A DNA stretch of 63,916 nt, filler included, from Intoshia linei (taxonomy: Eukaryota > Animalia > Orthonectida), in the NCBI GenBank assembly GCA_001642005.1. It is 5 parts of 5 records of this genome, joined end to end, with 100 filler letters (N's around TTAATTAATTAA, not from the genome) between each part and the next. Parts side by side here need not be neighbours in the genome. Positions count along the whole stretch, not along the records: positions 1 to 19,684 come from LWCA01000721.1; 4 more parts are not named here. One strand, written 5' to 3'. Every line of letters starts with the position of its first letter. Position 1 is the stretch's first letter. Position numbers and translations under genes: made by a program. The notes beneath the pieces were generated by a model, which did not search any database, was not told the DNA's origin, and saw only the letters and a list, made by a program, of their open reading frames with translations. Of this stretch, positions 1-13,200 are shown one piece after another.

Positions 1-64
1 AATAAAAATGTGCCTTCGGCAGAGCTAGGTGCTGTTTGTACGTAGTACATAACAGTCAACTTAG
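1..64 (+). mobile_element. 3' end of a non-autonomous Helitron
   Basis: Hairpin ctgtttgtac-gta-gtacataacag followed by caacTTAG|t. The same 3' end occurs at 21241, 25711, 36628, 40365, 50073 and 52756. Confidence 0.75.
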
Positions 65-108
65 TGTCAATATAATTTAAATTCAAAAAAATTTTGCTCG
101 CGAGTTAA

Positions 109-400
109 TTATGCTAACCATTTACTGATATAAAGTTTACCAAAAAGAATATTAATGGGAATTGCTATCACGGCCATCCTCTTAATAAGACTCCATTTTA
201 GCTCTTTTTCGTTTTTTGTAACAGATTCTTCAGTTTCTTCTTTTTCAACGTTGGCTTCTTCAAAATACTCTGGCACTTCATCGTATTGCATTAAAACTAA
301 TTTTAGGAATGACTTTATACTGTCATTTTATAATGATATAAATTACTTTCAAAATCCTTCTCATTGTCACATTCTTGTTGGCCAGCTATTTTTTCTGACA
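109..400 (-). CDS. 5' exons of an unidentified, probably membrane, protein; likely continues off the window
   Basis: ATG TCA GAA... gives MSEKIAGQQECDNEKDFE, then a short GT-AG intron, then acidic LMQYDEVPEYFEE... leading into hydrophobic MAVIAIPINILF and a GT donor. Confidence 0.35.
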
Positions 401-1253
401 TTTCGAATAAGATTGCTTAAAGTAAACTTGATTATTATCTGTTATATCAACAACGATTTCATTCAACATAATTACATATTTTTTACACATTTTTTACATA
501 ATTAATACCTGTAAAATTAAATATTTTGAGAATGATAAAATTTTAAGTTAACATATTGTCCTGATAATTACTCGGAATATTTAATATTACTACTAGTGAT
601 AATAATATTATTTTAGTGATTGGAAAAAATGTGGTAAACCCTTTGTTCGAATTTTTATAAACTATATTATAATTATAAATCATGACTGAGTAATAGTAAT
701 TATTGTCATATTATACTAAACAAAATTATTAATAATACAATTGCATATACCAGGGGTCTAAAACAAGTAAACCACATAATTATTTTGGTGGGCCTTTGAG
801 TAAATATGAAAATTATTTATTTTTAAACATTTTTTACTATAATCATTTTAATATTGAATTTTCAGATCTCCTTACATTTTATTTTGTTAAATATATTAGA
901 ACCTATTCATTCTTTAGTTAAAACTGAAATGTATCATGTGTACATTTTCAAAAACGGGTCGTATGTTTTGGTATAAAAGTGGCTCACGAGATGCAACCGA
1001 ACCATGTATATACAGATTGTAATATTCATGGTCTTGTTTTCTATATTATAGTAAATATGATTGGTATATTCAATAACTTCATAATATTGAAACATATTAT
1101 GTCAGTCCATAAGTAACGTCATTATTTTAACATATTTAAGTTTTAATAATATTAATCAACACATTTACAAATATTTCCAAACTATCATAAATGATAAATC
1201 CAGTGTATATTTTCATAAATTTCAAAAACAAACATTAACATTTTATTTACAGA

Positions 1254-3284
1254 TTAAAGAGTGCAAAAATAAATATTTTTCAATGATTTCAATGTCTTTC
1301 TAAAACAAATTTCTTTGCTTTGAAGTTGTGAAATAAAAGAAATTCCGTGGTGTGCGATAGAAATTTCATTATGTATGTGAATAATACTGATGTAGGCTAA
1401 AATAACAAAATTACCAATGTATATAACAATAAATTCATTAATAGTATAGTATAGCATTGCTATACTATATTGACACTTGTCTTCAATAGAAATAGTATAG
1501 TGTAATGTAATACTCATTTTTAAGTTAATTAAATTACATAAGATACCCTAGTTCCTGTCTGCTTATCGTTACAAGGAATATACGGCATTACTTATCATTT
1601 TAGAAACATTTCTTAGGGGTATTTTTCATTTCGGGTGGGGTCGAATATAATAGTTTGACTCTAGATGCACCCAGTCATCAATTCATTTGAAAATTCACAA
1701 TTATGATAAAATTATTTAAATCGCAACATCGTGAGGTAATATAACTGAATAATGAAATAATATATAAATACAAACCCTTATCAGATGTGAAAAAGGAATA
1801 TTCGCAATTTAAATTTTGTTCATTGGCAATGTTGTTTAATAATATTTCAAATTGTTGGCACTTTGCAAGGCAATTTTGATTTTCATGTTTCATTACATTG
1901 CAATTATAATTTGTTTCAGGGTCTTCAAGATCATCATCTGTAAAATCTTCCATTTGTTGAAGTTGTTGAATATATTTTCCTACACAATGAATTCCATTTA
2001 ATTGTATATCAAACATTTCATCTTTATTCGAAGTGGTTCTCTTTCTACATTGGTCGTCGTTAGAATCGCTCAATTCAGTAAGCTAATTATACAATGTACA
2101 AGTTGATTAATAGCGTTTCCGATCATTTTCTGTTGGATTGAAAACCATGTAATTGGTTTCAAACCTATCGAAAGTAGTGGAAAGCCTTTATTATTTACTA
2201 GAACCCTGCACGGCCCTACATTCTGACTCATACCTGGCCATTGTTAGAATGTGATCTTATCTGTCTGTAGTACTAACAACTTACAGACTCAGTACTAAAT
2301 TAGTCACAAACCCGCCAATTAACTAACATGTAAATTGAAATTTTCAATTTAATCAACATTTAAAAAAACAGTTTCTGTCCGAGCCTGCTGCAGGGCTCAA
2401 TTACTTACATCTTGCATGATTTCAGTGTTTGCGTAAGAAATATTTGAGATGGTTTTATTATTCTTAATTTTATTGTACAATTTTTCAGCACCTTTCCTTT
2501 TTGCCATTTTTTTACTGGAAGATTTACTACATGTTTCAATTTTAACCTCATCAATAATTAATTTTGCACTGCAAACAAAAACAGGAGGTGATTCACTAAT
2601 CATACCAAAATCATATGTAGCGAAAGGCCACAGCCGGGCAGCGCACATTTTATTAAGTTTCCCGACAGGATTATCAGTCAATATTTTACCATTATTGTCA
2701 CATATAAACCTACATTGTATAATTAGTAAAGGTTAATTATAAAATATAATATAAGTTGATAACTTTAAAATCAGAATGTTCAACACAATTTTACAAATGT
2801 GTATTTCATAGCCCTTCAATTTATAATACAAGTAACAATTGAAGAATCAAAATACGTTGTAAAACAACTAACAAGGGTCTAATTCATTCCTGTAAATATT
2901 ACATATTATTATATACATTACTGGTTGCTAAATTAATAATTTGACCTTAGCCAATTCGCTTAGACTAGACAGTTATGTATATTACTTGGCATGATCATTA
3001 ACAGAAATTATAGACTTTGTTAAGCCATTTACATAATTTAAAACGGATAAAGCAGCATTTCGTTTCGCCAATTTTTTAGTTGTACCTACGACATTTATTG
3101 TTATTGTAACATATAAAAATGTACCTGAACCTACTCCAACCATATCACCGCAATTCAAATGATATTTAAAAATTGGGGCATGTGGTGCTCCATTTCTATC
3201 AACCTCTATATACTCAATTATAAACTTGTTTTTTGCAGCATATGCTGAAATTTCAATAAATGGGTTTTCACAGTCAGTCTTCAT
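1254..3284 (-). CDS. Three-dsRBD protein, TRBP/PACT/Loquacious-like Dicer cofactor
   Basis: Exons 3284-3125, 3085-2986, 2709-2409, 2082-1776 and 1396-1254 join in frame through GT-AG introns. dsRBD1: NPF...GAPHAPIF...GSGTTKKLAKRNAA. dsRBD2: NPVGKLN...SSKKMAKRKGAE. Third, degenerate dsRBD: LLNNIANEQNLNCEY...AYISIIHIHNEISIAHHG...KTLKSLK. Confidence 0.8.
2199..2400. mobile_element. hAT-type MITE in an intron of the dsRBD gene
   Basis: TIRs tagaaccctgca / tgcagggctcaa; 8-bp TSD ttatttac / ttacttac. Confidence 0.6.
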
Positions 3285-3455
3285 TTTGAATAATCAAATA
3301 AAAAGCTATCCAAGCATAAAAAAAATTGAAATAAATTTAAATTCTACAAAAATCAACAATTTATGAATTTAGTATTGTAGTAACATATATGAATTTAACT
3401 TAATTATAAATATATTATTGATTCAAAACGTTGACAATAGTGATTGAACATAACC

Positions 3456-3599
3456 TAGTGTGACTAGAAAAAAAACGTACTATCACTTTTAGTTTATTTC
3501 GAATAATTTTTATTCGTCATCATAGATAAGTAGTTTTGGCTTTACATTTATCACCAAATAAACTAAAATTGATAGTACGTTTTTTTACTGGTCACACTA
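3456..3599. mobile_element. Palindromic MITE with TIRs of about 45 bp; related copies near 9255-9385 and 51760-51890
   Basis: tagtgtgactagaaaaaaaacgtactatcacttttagtttattt ... aaataaactaaaattgatagtacgtttttttactggtcacacta; the internal core is shared with the other copies. Confidence 0.7.
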
Positions 3600-3792
3600 T
3601 ATAACCATTAAAAATAATATAGTACTAACAGTATAATTATTGTTATTTTGTACAGTGTACTTTATGGTGTCACATCAAATATTTTTTTAAGAAATTCAAA
3701 AACATATCAGGTAGATTATATGTAATGTATTTACAATAATTTGTTAATAAAAAAATAACAATCTGACAAACCAACGGATGAATTGCACACTA

Positions 3793-3935
3793 TCCTTACT
3801 TATATAAAGTAAAATAATTAAAAATGTATGTCTGTTTATTTGTTTCAGTTTATTTAAGAAATTAAGGAGTCGAGTTTTAAAAATTGCATATTTCTATAAC
3901 AGTTTTTCCAGAGGGATGTTTTATTTCTTTCAGTT
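3793..3935 (+). mobile_element. Helitron 5' fragment
   Basis: a|TCcttacttatataaag...tgtatgtctgttt, matching the family 5' ends at 6886, 40747 and 51186. Confidence 0.6.
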
Positions 3936-4823
3936 TTCGTTCACAAAGCGTAAAAAATTAAAACGAAACATAAAATTAATATTTCTAATGAAAATAGGAA
4001 ATAAATTATAATAATTTACAATAAATAAATAAAAGATATTTAGAGGAAGATAATATGGGAATTTTATAAGAAACGAGTATCATTAAAAGTGGATAATTAA
4101 ATTTGTTATTAGCAAAAAATTGATTATTAATTACTTTTAGTAGACATAAAGTTTTTATTGTATTTAGTATCAATTCAATATCAATTAATTCTGGCATAAT
4201 CCTAACTCTACGAATAGATTTGAATAACCCCACCGCATAAAGTAATATTTCAATTGATGCACTAGTAACTAGTTGCAGGTATTGATAATTTAATTATTTA
4301 GTTAATGCAATTTTACAATGCATTGATTGAAAAACCAATCTGATTGGCAAAATTAATAATTTTTAAAGATAAGCTTATTCTTAAGTACTGAGATTTTAAA
4401 TTAAACCTCAATAAAAGTAAAACTCAGTACTTTTTACAAAAGTTGAACACACAAGTCTAGACGGTAAATCACAGTCTACGATGCCAAAGAAATTACAAAT
4501 CGCATTATCCATCGGCTAGTGATAAGGGTGATTGTATTAGTATAAAATAACAACCAACAAAATTTTATAATCATTTGAAGTATTTGCTGAGATTGACCTC
4601 TCAAACATTTATTGTGTTTGGAATATCATTGACGCCACATATTTAGGTTAACCGAAGATTGAATTGACGATTTGCTAACCCAAGATTGTCATATAATTAT
4701 ATATATAATAAAATTTATTCTATATACAAAATTATTTCATTTCGATAGCTTTAGTCACAACCCGACAAAATCATAACATTTAAAAATAAATAATATATAC
4801 ACGGTAAGATTAAGGAATGTATA

Positions 4824-5705
4824 TTATACCAAATTGAAAGTTTCATCTGCATCTTTGTATGCTTCAGTTTTTTTAGGCAAGTCATTAATAGATATGGATG
4901 AAAGTTTAAAAAGAGAATCATTCAGCATATCTTGAGATAAATCCGAAGAAGCGACATTGTATCCTTCGTAATTCGAACATGTAGATTTCTTTTTTGGTTT
5001 TCTGGGTATTTTTTTAGCAACCTTTTTAACAATATTATTTTTCACCTTCTTGAGTGAAGTGCGAAGTCTAGATTTTATATTATCAGAATTGCTTTTTAAA
5101 ATAGGAACAGACTTTCGTTTACGTTTAGTATCTTTTTGTTTGTTCTTTCTTGTGGTAGTTTTTTTTATTTTTGTATTATTTTTTCGTGTCTCAATATTTG
5201 TAATACTCTTAGAAGGAGCCACGTGATCAATGTCATCTAATTCACTCTTATGCATAAAAATATGACGCTTATTGATATGTTTTACATTGTCTTCAATACA
5301 AATTCTTTTTTTTAGAGGTAAAATAATGTCTGTATTCACTATTCCATATGATTTATCAATTATGTTGCATTTACTATTTAATTCATCGTCAATCAAATTG
5401 ATGTTACTATTTGGATAAACGTCATCTGAATTGACAGGAGAAATTGCGTCTATATTATCTAGGTTACAGGTATATGTTAGGTTGGATGAAATGTTAGGTA
5501 CATTTGAATTAAATGAATTGTGAAATGGATCTAAACAATGTTCAGAAATAGAAAACGTAATGTCATTTATCGATGGTATTAATGGTACGTCCTTTATCAA
5601 TGCTATAAGCTTTTGAGTAATCTCATGAGCCAGCTTTGAATATTTCGATGACAAATACGTGTACTGGCCAAGTTTTTCAATAAGTTCTTCCTTATTGTTA
5701 CACAT
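4824..5705 (-). CDS. Hypothetical protein with a Lys/Arg-rich basic region
   Basis: 293-codon ORF, long for this AT content; no recognisable domain; may splice at its 3' end. Confidence 0.6.
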   Translation of the reverse strand: MCNNKEELIEKLGQYTYLSSKYSKLAHEITQKLIALIKDVPLIPSINDITFSISEHCLDPFHNSFNSNVPNISSNLTYTCNLDNIDAISPVNSDDVYPNSNINLIDDELNSKCNIIDKSYGIVNTDIILPLKKRICIEDNVKHINKRHIFMHKSELDDIDHVAPSKSITNIETRKNNTKIKKTTTRKNKQKDTKRKRKSVPILKSNSDNIKSRLRTSLKKVKNNIVKKVAKKIPRKPKKKSTCSNYEGYNVASSDLSQDMLNDSLFKLSSISINDLPKKTEAYKDADETFNLV

Positions 5706-6158
5706 TTGAATCTAAATATTAAATTGTTAATTTTTTAACTTTAAAAATAACAAACCGAATTTGAATCTTTTGCAATATCTAAATATAAAATTAGATAAAT
5801 ATGAAATTTTCAAAGAGGCATAATTTTTTTATCCCGCACGGTCAGGCATTGGAATTGATTAGAATAGAATAAATAGATTGATTGCAATTATTTTACCAAT
5901 CACACAGGTTTTTCAATCCATGCATTAATAAATTTTATGATTGGTGATTAATAATATGAAATTAAATAATTGGTATTTCAAAAAAAATTGGCTTGATTGG
6001 AAAATAATTGAAAGCATGGGAAATTGCAATAATTATACAATAAATTGAATACAATTTAATTTGTGGTTAATTTTTATACCAAAAATATTTTATGACACGC
6101 CATAAAATTTGTATTCCACATTAGCTCAGGCCATATTTTGACGAACGTTGATATAAAC

Positions 6159-6394
6159 CAGCGGTTCTCAACATACTTCGCAGTTGGTACCCCTCAACTA
6201 AAAAAAATCAAATAAAATAAATAGTTAGTTAATCTCTACTTCATCAAAAATAAATACATAAATTTATTATTAAATTTTAAAAATATTTATAATTTATACA
6301 TTATAAAGTGTGAATCATAGGATGACGACGGATAGGATGGAGACAAACTGGTTTACCCCTAGGGGGTACCAGTACCTCCATTTAAGAACCGCTG
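6159..6394. mobile_element. hAT MITE
   Basis: TIRs cagcggttct / agaaccgctg; perfect 8-bp TSD atataaac. Confidence 0.85.
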
Positions 6395-6885
6395 ATATAA
6401 ACGAATGCATTGTAAAATAAAACCAATCTAATACCAATTTTTTCAGTGACAAGTTTCTCATTACGTGTAATTAGAATTATATATTTTAGATAAACGTACC
6501 GTTATTTATATGTAGAGTATTGTTCTTAGGTAAATTAACGTTTCGCTATAAATTTTTCAATAAAATACATATTATACAACCTAAAATACCTTCATTTGAT
6601 TTTCTAAATAATAATGTATAGATATTATATCAAAATATTTATATACTTATTGTAATTAATTGCTTTCGTATTTAAAATTACTCAAGTCAAAAAAACTACA
6701 TAAGAGTATAAATTTAAAGTAATAAAATAAATTATTGTCGGTCAGATTAAATCAATCTAATATCAAATTGTTAATTAAGTTTCATGAATTTCATAATAGT
6801 GTATACCAGGGGTTGCCAAAGTTGTAATATCGGCCAAGGGCTATTAATTCAGTTAGTGGGATTTAAAAAAATATAATATGGACCA

Positions 6886-7600
6886 TCCTTTACTTATATA
6901 AAAATGAATGTCTATGTGTGCGTGTAACCATTTATTGAAATAATTGACAGTCGCAGAATTTAAAAAAACTCAGTTTCTAATACAGTTTTTACCTATTTTT
7001 TAGTTTTAGAATTTGAGTCCTTCATGGTCAAACACCCAATTTTCCATTGATTTTAAAAAAATAAGTGCAAAAACTTAATAAAACATACATTCTGGGTCGC
7101 TTTTTAAAATCATTAACATTGTTGTTAATCTCAGCATCAAAAACGCATACCTTCATGGCTAAAAACCAAAATTACCCTTTGTTTTAAAAATGAAACATGT
7201 GCTAAAATTTTTTAAAATCATAAACATTATCATAAATGGTAATCTCAAAAAAAATAATTTTCATGATGAAAACCCTGATAAATGAAAACAGCCCTAGAAT
7301 TGAACAAAAATTAGAGATGGTACATTTTTGTCCTGTTAAGACACAAAAAAATTAAATCTGAATAAGTGACGCCTTTACGGTCAAAAATGTACCGTTTACT
7401 ATGATTAATATTCATTTTTTTATTTCTAAACTATTTTATTAACATGTAATATGTAAAACAACAAATTTAAAATAATTAAAAAAATAAGAAAGATTATTCT
7501 AATAGAGCTTATTCCATTTGATATAAATACAAAATTTCAATCCCAGAAATCTATGCATTCCCGGTAAACAATATTTTTAATACATACTAAACATATATAA
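6886..7600 (+). mobile_element. Helitron copy lacking a clear 3' end
   Basis: a|TCctttacttatataaaaatgaatgtctatgtgtgcgtg plus internal blocks shared with other copies (aaacagccctagaatt, gagcttattcca, ctatgcattcccgg). Confidence 0.65.
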
Positions 7601-8407
7601 ACATAACCAAATTTAAAAAATAAATATATATATAAATACCATTTTCGTTGAAGATGTAAGATAATTGAGAATTGTTCAGACCGGTATACTAAAATAGCAT
7701 AATTATTATATTAGTTGCAGAAAATTGTGAGCGTAAGCTAAGAAAATAATGATATTGAAACGACTCTCACCTATTAACAAATGACAAAACAATTTTCCGT
7801 ATAAAACGTTTTCGAAGTGTGGTGATATAAATAAGAATACCAATGTCTTTATAATGTTAAAGACTTACATCTTTTGTTACACTTCAATGTTTTCGTGTCG
7901 AAATTAAGAATAATGTAAAAAAAAATTTGTAACAGATAAATCTATTCACTTTTAGTCCAATAACAGCTTTGATTATAATTATTGATGCGACGATTCCAAG
8001 TAATCGGAATCACTAATATTGTTCTTTTTTTAAGAATCGAAATCGGTAAAATTATCTTTTTTACGATTCCGATTATTTACAATTTTTTTTCAAAAAATCA
8101 ATCAATAAATAAATATTTTGAAATAAGGATCCGTATACTATTTGAATCGGAAATCACTGATCTAATTTTATGTATTTATTATAACTCAATTTATTTTGAC
8201 GTAAAACAAATTGATGTAGAATAAGATTTTACCCTGGAATTTCACGTTAAGACCCAGTCTAATCTGACTGGTTAGATCGTTATTAAAACCTTAAACCCCA
8301 GAACCTCGACATTGTCTGGCAATCAATAAGTTCGTAGATCACAATATAACCTCAGACGCAAATTGAGGTATGGCGAAATTTTCAACAAAATACCTTTGCG
8401 ATTAATA

Positions 8408-8783
8408 CAGAGGTGGGGTTATGCGTCCTTCTGAACAATTTTAATTATTTTTAAAATATAAATAATTGGTAAAATTAGGTTTTTTCTTTTGGGATCAGAT
8501 ACAATTTTTCCAAAAAATATTGGTAAAAGGGGAGTATTTCTTGAGACTTGTTAAAATTTTAGTATCTTCTCACAATATTTTACAAAATTGAATAAAATAT
8601 GCTAAAAATTTATCATTCACGCCAATCAACTAAAATGTTCGTATTCACCCCTTGGGGTGACAAGTCACACCCATGAGAAGCACTGTTACATTTGATTAAA
8701 TTTTATTTAGATAGGTGCGGCCTTATTAAATTTTTTTGGGGCGTTAGTGCTGCCTTCGAACAGTAAATGCTTCCCCACCTCTG
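8408..8783. mobile_element. hAT MITE (CAGAGGTGGG family)
   Basis: TIRs cagaggtgggg / ccccacctctg; perfect 8-bp TSD gattaata; related copies at 47497 and 54130. Confidence 0.85.
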
Positions 8784-9044
8784 GATTAATAGTTTCATTC
8801 ATTTTTTTTATACCTTTTCGTAAATATTTTCTTTCAATTCATTATGAAATGTCAATTTTGTTGAATTTGACATTGGCTAAAGTTTTGGTTTTTATAGTTT
8901 AATTATCAATTACATTTTTCATCTTTATTCGATTGTAGAATTCAAATAGATTTGGTTTCTTAGCACAAATTTATTGTATTAAACTTTATTATACAATTAA
9001 TTCCGCTCACATACATTTTCACATGACAATGAACTAAATAACGT

Positions 9045-9146
9045 CAGGCCTCTCAATACCGCCACTGTGTTTCAATTTTATAACAAACTGATAAGAAAAT
9101 ATTTAAATTTTTACGATTAACAAAAATGGCGGTATTGAGAGGCTTG
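9045..9146. mobile_element. Very short MITE
   Basis: 20-bp TIRs caggcctctcaataccgcca / tggcggtattgagaggcttg around a spacer of about 60 bp. Confidence 0.6.
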
Positions 9147-10553
9147 AATACATTTTTATTATCGTTTATAAAACTATATTTTTTTGTAGTTTAACTGTTA
9201 TGTACCGACTAGGGCCACCAAAAATTGACAATTAAATTAGTATGGCCAAAAAAAGGCATACTATCACTTTTATTTGGAATACATTTTAAGCCGAAAATTT
9301 TTATTCATCATCATAGATAAGTAGTTTTGGCTTTACATTTATCATCAAATAAACTAAAATTAATAGTACGTCTTTTTTACAGTTTAGGTAGTGTGTCCAT
9401 TAGGGTGTCACATTTTTTGGAAAACTTTAGAATTTGATGGGCAATTAGCACTAAAAGTGTGTATTTTTAAATTAGAAAAACTAATTCGCAATCAAAAATA
9501 TTTAACGCTATCTATTCGAGTTGCGTTTGTCATTTTAAATATCACGAACAAATTAAAACTGAACTTTATTTTAACAGAAATCGGCGTTTGAGCTTTTAAA
9601 CGTGGTACCGCCTTTATAATACTGTTCTCCATGTTTAGTTATACCGTTTATTTTTTTAAATTTTTTCTAGCTCAATTGTTTTAGATTTTATTAACGATTG
9701 CACCCAGTAACTAACTAAATATGCTTTCTAGGGAAAAGCAATATTTTATATATTCAATATTTAAAAAGATGCCAGTATCCATCTCGATATGCTATTAACC
9801 TAGACGATTTACTTGTAACTAACCAGAAATGATATATTTTAATTCTGCTACATTTGTTGCATTATAAATAGGAGCAGCTTACAAAACATTTTACGACCTA
9901 TTGTATTCAATTTTATGCCTATTCAATTTAAATTGAAATTCTCATAAATTATACAATTTAAACATTCCATTTAATTTAAATTTTAAACAAATATAGCCAG
10001 TGATTATAAGTGAAAATGCTTTATATTGCTAAAAAATTCTCAATTTAGCTATAATAATTGATACTGTTCGCCCTAGTACGACTTCTTAATTTATTATAGA
10101 TAATGAGTTTATGTTTTTAATAATAAAGCAAAAACAGTACAACCCTAAAAACCATCATATGTATCGAAATAAATTTCATAAAAAATAAAATTGAAAAAAC
10201 CTGAAAATTATTTAATGTAGTGGAATATATACAACATTTACCAATCCCTAAAATATTGTTGCACTTTACTTTCAAAAAAATCCTTCTTTAAAAATCTTCG
10301 AATGCGCAATATTAACGAATTATTACTAAGTAGTAACGACAAATCAAATCTTTTAACCTGATTTTCACTGTTCAAACACTACATTATACTTTACACTACG
10401 ATAATCAATTAAAAATTGATCAATTTATGTGTTATATATTTAGCAACAAAAGTACAGATTTATTCACTAAGTGAATTTCACTTATAAATAACTTTGCATT
10501 CATTATCTTAGAAATGGAATAAACTGTAATTTACAATCAATGTTAAATATTGC

Positions 10554-12265
10554 ATGAGTCTAATGAAGACTATAAGCTTTACAGAAAATATTTTTAATGC
10601 AGTGACATTCGTTGGATGTATACTTTTGGGTGTGATTAACGGTTTATTGAAAAAATATAATTTTATTAATATTTAGGTACCGTTACGTCTAACTTTTATT
10701 TTTTGCTACAAATTATATCAATATTTGTAAGATATTCATATTTGCAGAAATATTATCACGTTATCTTTGGATTTGGACAATCCATTATTGTCAGTTTTAT
10801 GAAAATTGTATTAGGAACAAAGGTAATTGTTAAGTACCCGTTCAATTATTATTTTAGATAAAGTGTTATGGAGAGGGATTTAAAAATTTTATTAAAAATA
10901 ATGAAAATTCAATTTATATATCTAATCATCTCACATATGGTACATTTGTTTTTTTTTTGTATAAAATGAGACGCCTATATATAATTACATGTACAATTTT
11001 TTTATTTTAGTTGATTTCGCCATGATTGAAACATTATTTTGGTCAAAGCCTTATAAACATTTTTCAAATATTTTGTTTACTCCTAAAGTTTCAGTTCGAT
11101 ACATGCCTTATTATGGATACATTTTAAAAGTATTTTTTCTTATAATTAAATTATTATTTTATACCGGGTTTTATTGATTTTGGCATTGCGAAAATTTTCG
11201 GTCTAAGAAATTCAATTATACTACATAGTTGTAGTCATTGTTTGAATGCTATTTCATAGTTTCAAACATAGTTTTTCATTTTTATTTCAATGTATCAATA
11301 TTATAGATGACAATATGATAAGAATGTATAGCTTGGAGTATAACTTAATTATAATCATTGATTATACCTTTTTACGACAATTTTTTGATGGGGTTAAAGG
11401 ATAATTATATTATACATTACAAGCATTTAAATTTTAATTATTTTAGTGTGGAAGTGGAATGTTTATATGCAGATCAAAGAACTGTGAACAAGTTGATTTG
11501 GAATCAAAGTTATGTGAAATCAATGATTTTGATAAACCTGTAATATATTTTAATAATGTACTATATATTTGTTTGTAGTTTACTATTATATTTTTTCCTG
11601 AATCTATGAGATTCATTGTTGAAAGAAAAAATACGTTTGAAAAAGCAAAACAATTTGCATTAAATCAAAGTATATACAATTTAATTGATTTTACTTTAAA
11701 ATAGATTTGGAACCTCTAGAATACACACTTTTTCCTAGAGTAGGTGGACTTTATAAAACCCTTCAAAAACGATCCGATATTTCCACAATATATGATGTTA
11801 CCATTTATTACGAAGATATGTACGACAGGAAAAGTGGAGAAATGCGCAGTGTCGGTTCCATTACTTGTACGTTATGATAACATGTTGAAATATTTTTAAT
11901 TTTAGCTTTTTCGCGGTTTTTGGGTTCTACGGCACACATTTACATAGACGCAATACCTATTGAAAACGTACCAAAGGATCGAAAACTACTTTTTAAGTGG
12001 CTATTCCAGCGTTTCCAAAAAAAGAACAAGTCAGTTTATATTTATCAATAATGAGTCATTTTGTAGACTACTTAAAAAAATTTTCCATGACCAATCTTCA
12101 TGGGGTTATGGAGTGCAAATAGAAACGTCAAATATTCAACTTTATATAAATAGCTTTGGATTGTTTTCTGTATTTTTCGGAGTTGGTTATGTATTTGGTT
12201 GGAAAATTCATTTAGCCTGGATTACTCTAACAGCCCTTGTATCCATTATTTTATCAAATTTGTAG
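10554..12265 (+). CDS. AGPAT5: 1-acylglycerol-3-phosphate acyltransferase, AGPAT5-like (multi-exon)
   Basis: Spliced translation gives NENSIYISNHLTYVDF (HX4D), RYMPYYG, GMFICRS, FFPESMRF, TLFPRVGG, IYDVTIYY, HIYIDAIPIENVP and KWLFQRFQKKNKLL, then a C-terminal hydrophobic segment. Confidence 0.8.
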
Positions 12266-12589
12266 TATTATATTATATTAATAAATATTAGTTTTTACAT
12301 TACTATTCATATCCATTCACTAGATCAGAGATTTTTGACCCATTTATGGTTTTACGCCCCTTGATTAGTCAACATACAATTAAGTATTGATTAATTTAGT
12401 GGTGATCATATGCGGGTCCGCATAAAAAATATTATTTTCGACTGAGAACGTAGACAGGTTATGTGATAATATTTTGATGTTACACAGAAATTGCATTTTA
12501 TCTGCTCTACGAAAAATTCAATGTGAAATTATCAGTTTGCGGTAAAAAATATACTCGAAATTAAATCTTTTGACCATAATATTGTAAAC

Positions 12590-13200
12590 AAAATTGGTTT
12601 ACCATTTTGGTTCATATATACGCTGATGCGGATTTTAAAATCATAAACATAATCATAAATTTCAATTTAAAAAAATTATTTCTTCATGGCCAAAACCCCA
12701 AATTCCTATTTTTTTTTTTTGAAAACAGCCCTAGAATTTCAAAAAAATTACAGGTGGTAGAGTTGTATCATATTAACACACATAAAAAATTTCAATACGA
12801 ATAAGTGACGACTTCACGGTCACAAAAGCATTTTAGTATTCATATATTTTTTTTCCGAAATATTTCATTAAAACAATAAATATGAAATATTTAACGGTCC
12901 AAAAATATAAAAAAAGGATTATTCTGATAGAGCTTATTCCATTTAATATAAATACAAATTTTTCAACCCTAGAAATCTACGCATTCCCGGTGAAAAATAA
13001 TTTTTAATATATTAAAACCAATATTTCGATTAAAATTAAAAATGTAAATATTGATCCTACAATTTCAAAAAAATGTGCGATTGTGCGTCTACACATTTCC
13101 AGTCAAGACATATGGGTGAAAATCTATATAATTCATTCCTTCGGAATCATTTTTCATTGTTACGCAATTTTTAAATTTCAAATTTTTATTTTCAAAACTG
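12590..13200 (+). mobile_element. Internal Helitron fragment
   Basis: Closely matches 24380-25020 (acgctgatgcggattttaaaatc...gaataagtgacgacttcacggtc...gtctacacatttcc). Confidence 0.7.

Noticed and set aside
155-505. Antisense shadow ORFs (155-505, 2449-2736, 21282-21588, 34091-34465, 45897-46217, 57711-57893) and short ORFs inside repeats (12607, 24948, 9391)
   Set aside because: They lie opposite real exons or within TEs and have Phe/Ile/Leu-rich compositions typical of AT-rich noise.
4465-4525. Weak hairpin containing ATCACAG (miR-2-like seed)
   Set aside because: Only about 13 bp with bulges and a large loop; too weak for a pre-miRNA.
4318-5924. Imperfect inverted repeats of about 40 bp flanking the 4824-5705 ORF, suggesting a Pack-type element
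   Set aside because: A similar motif also occurs at about 2132-2160, so it is a dispersed small repeat; no TSD was found.
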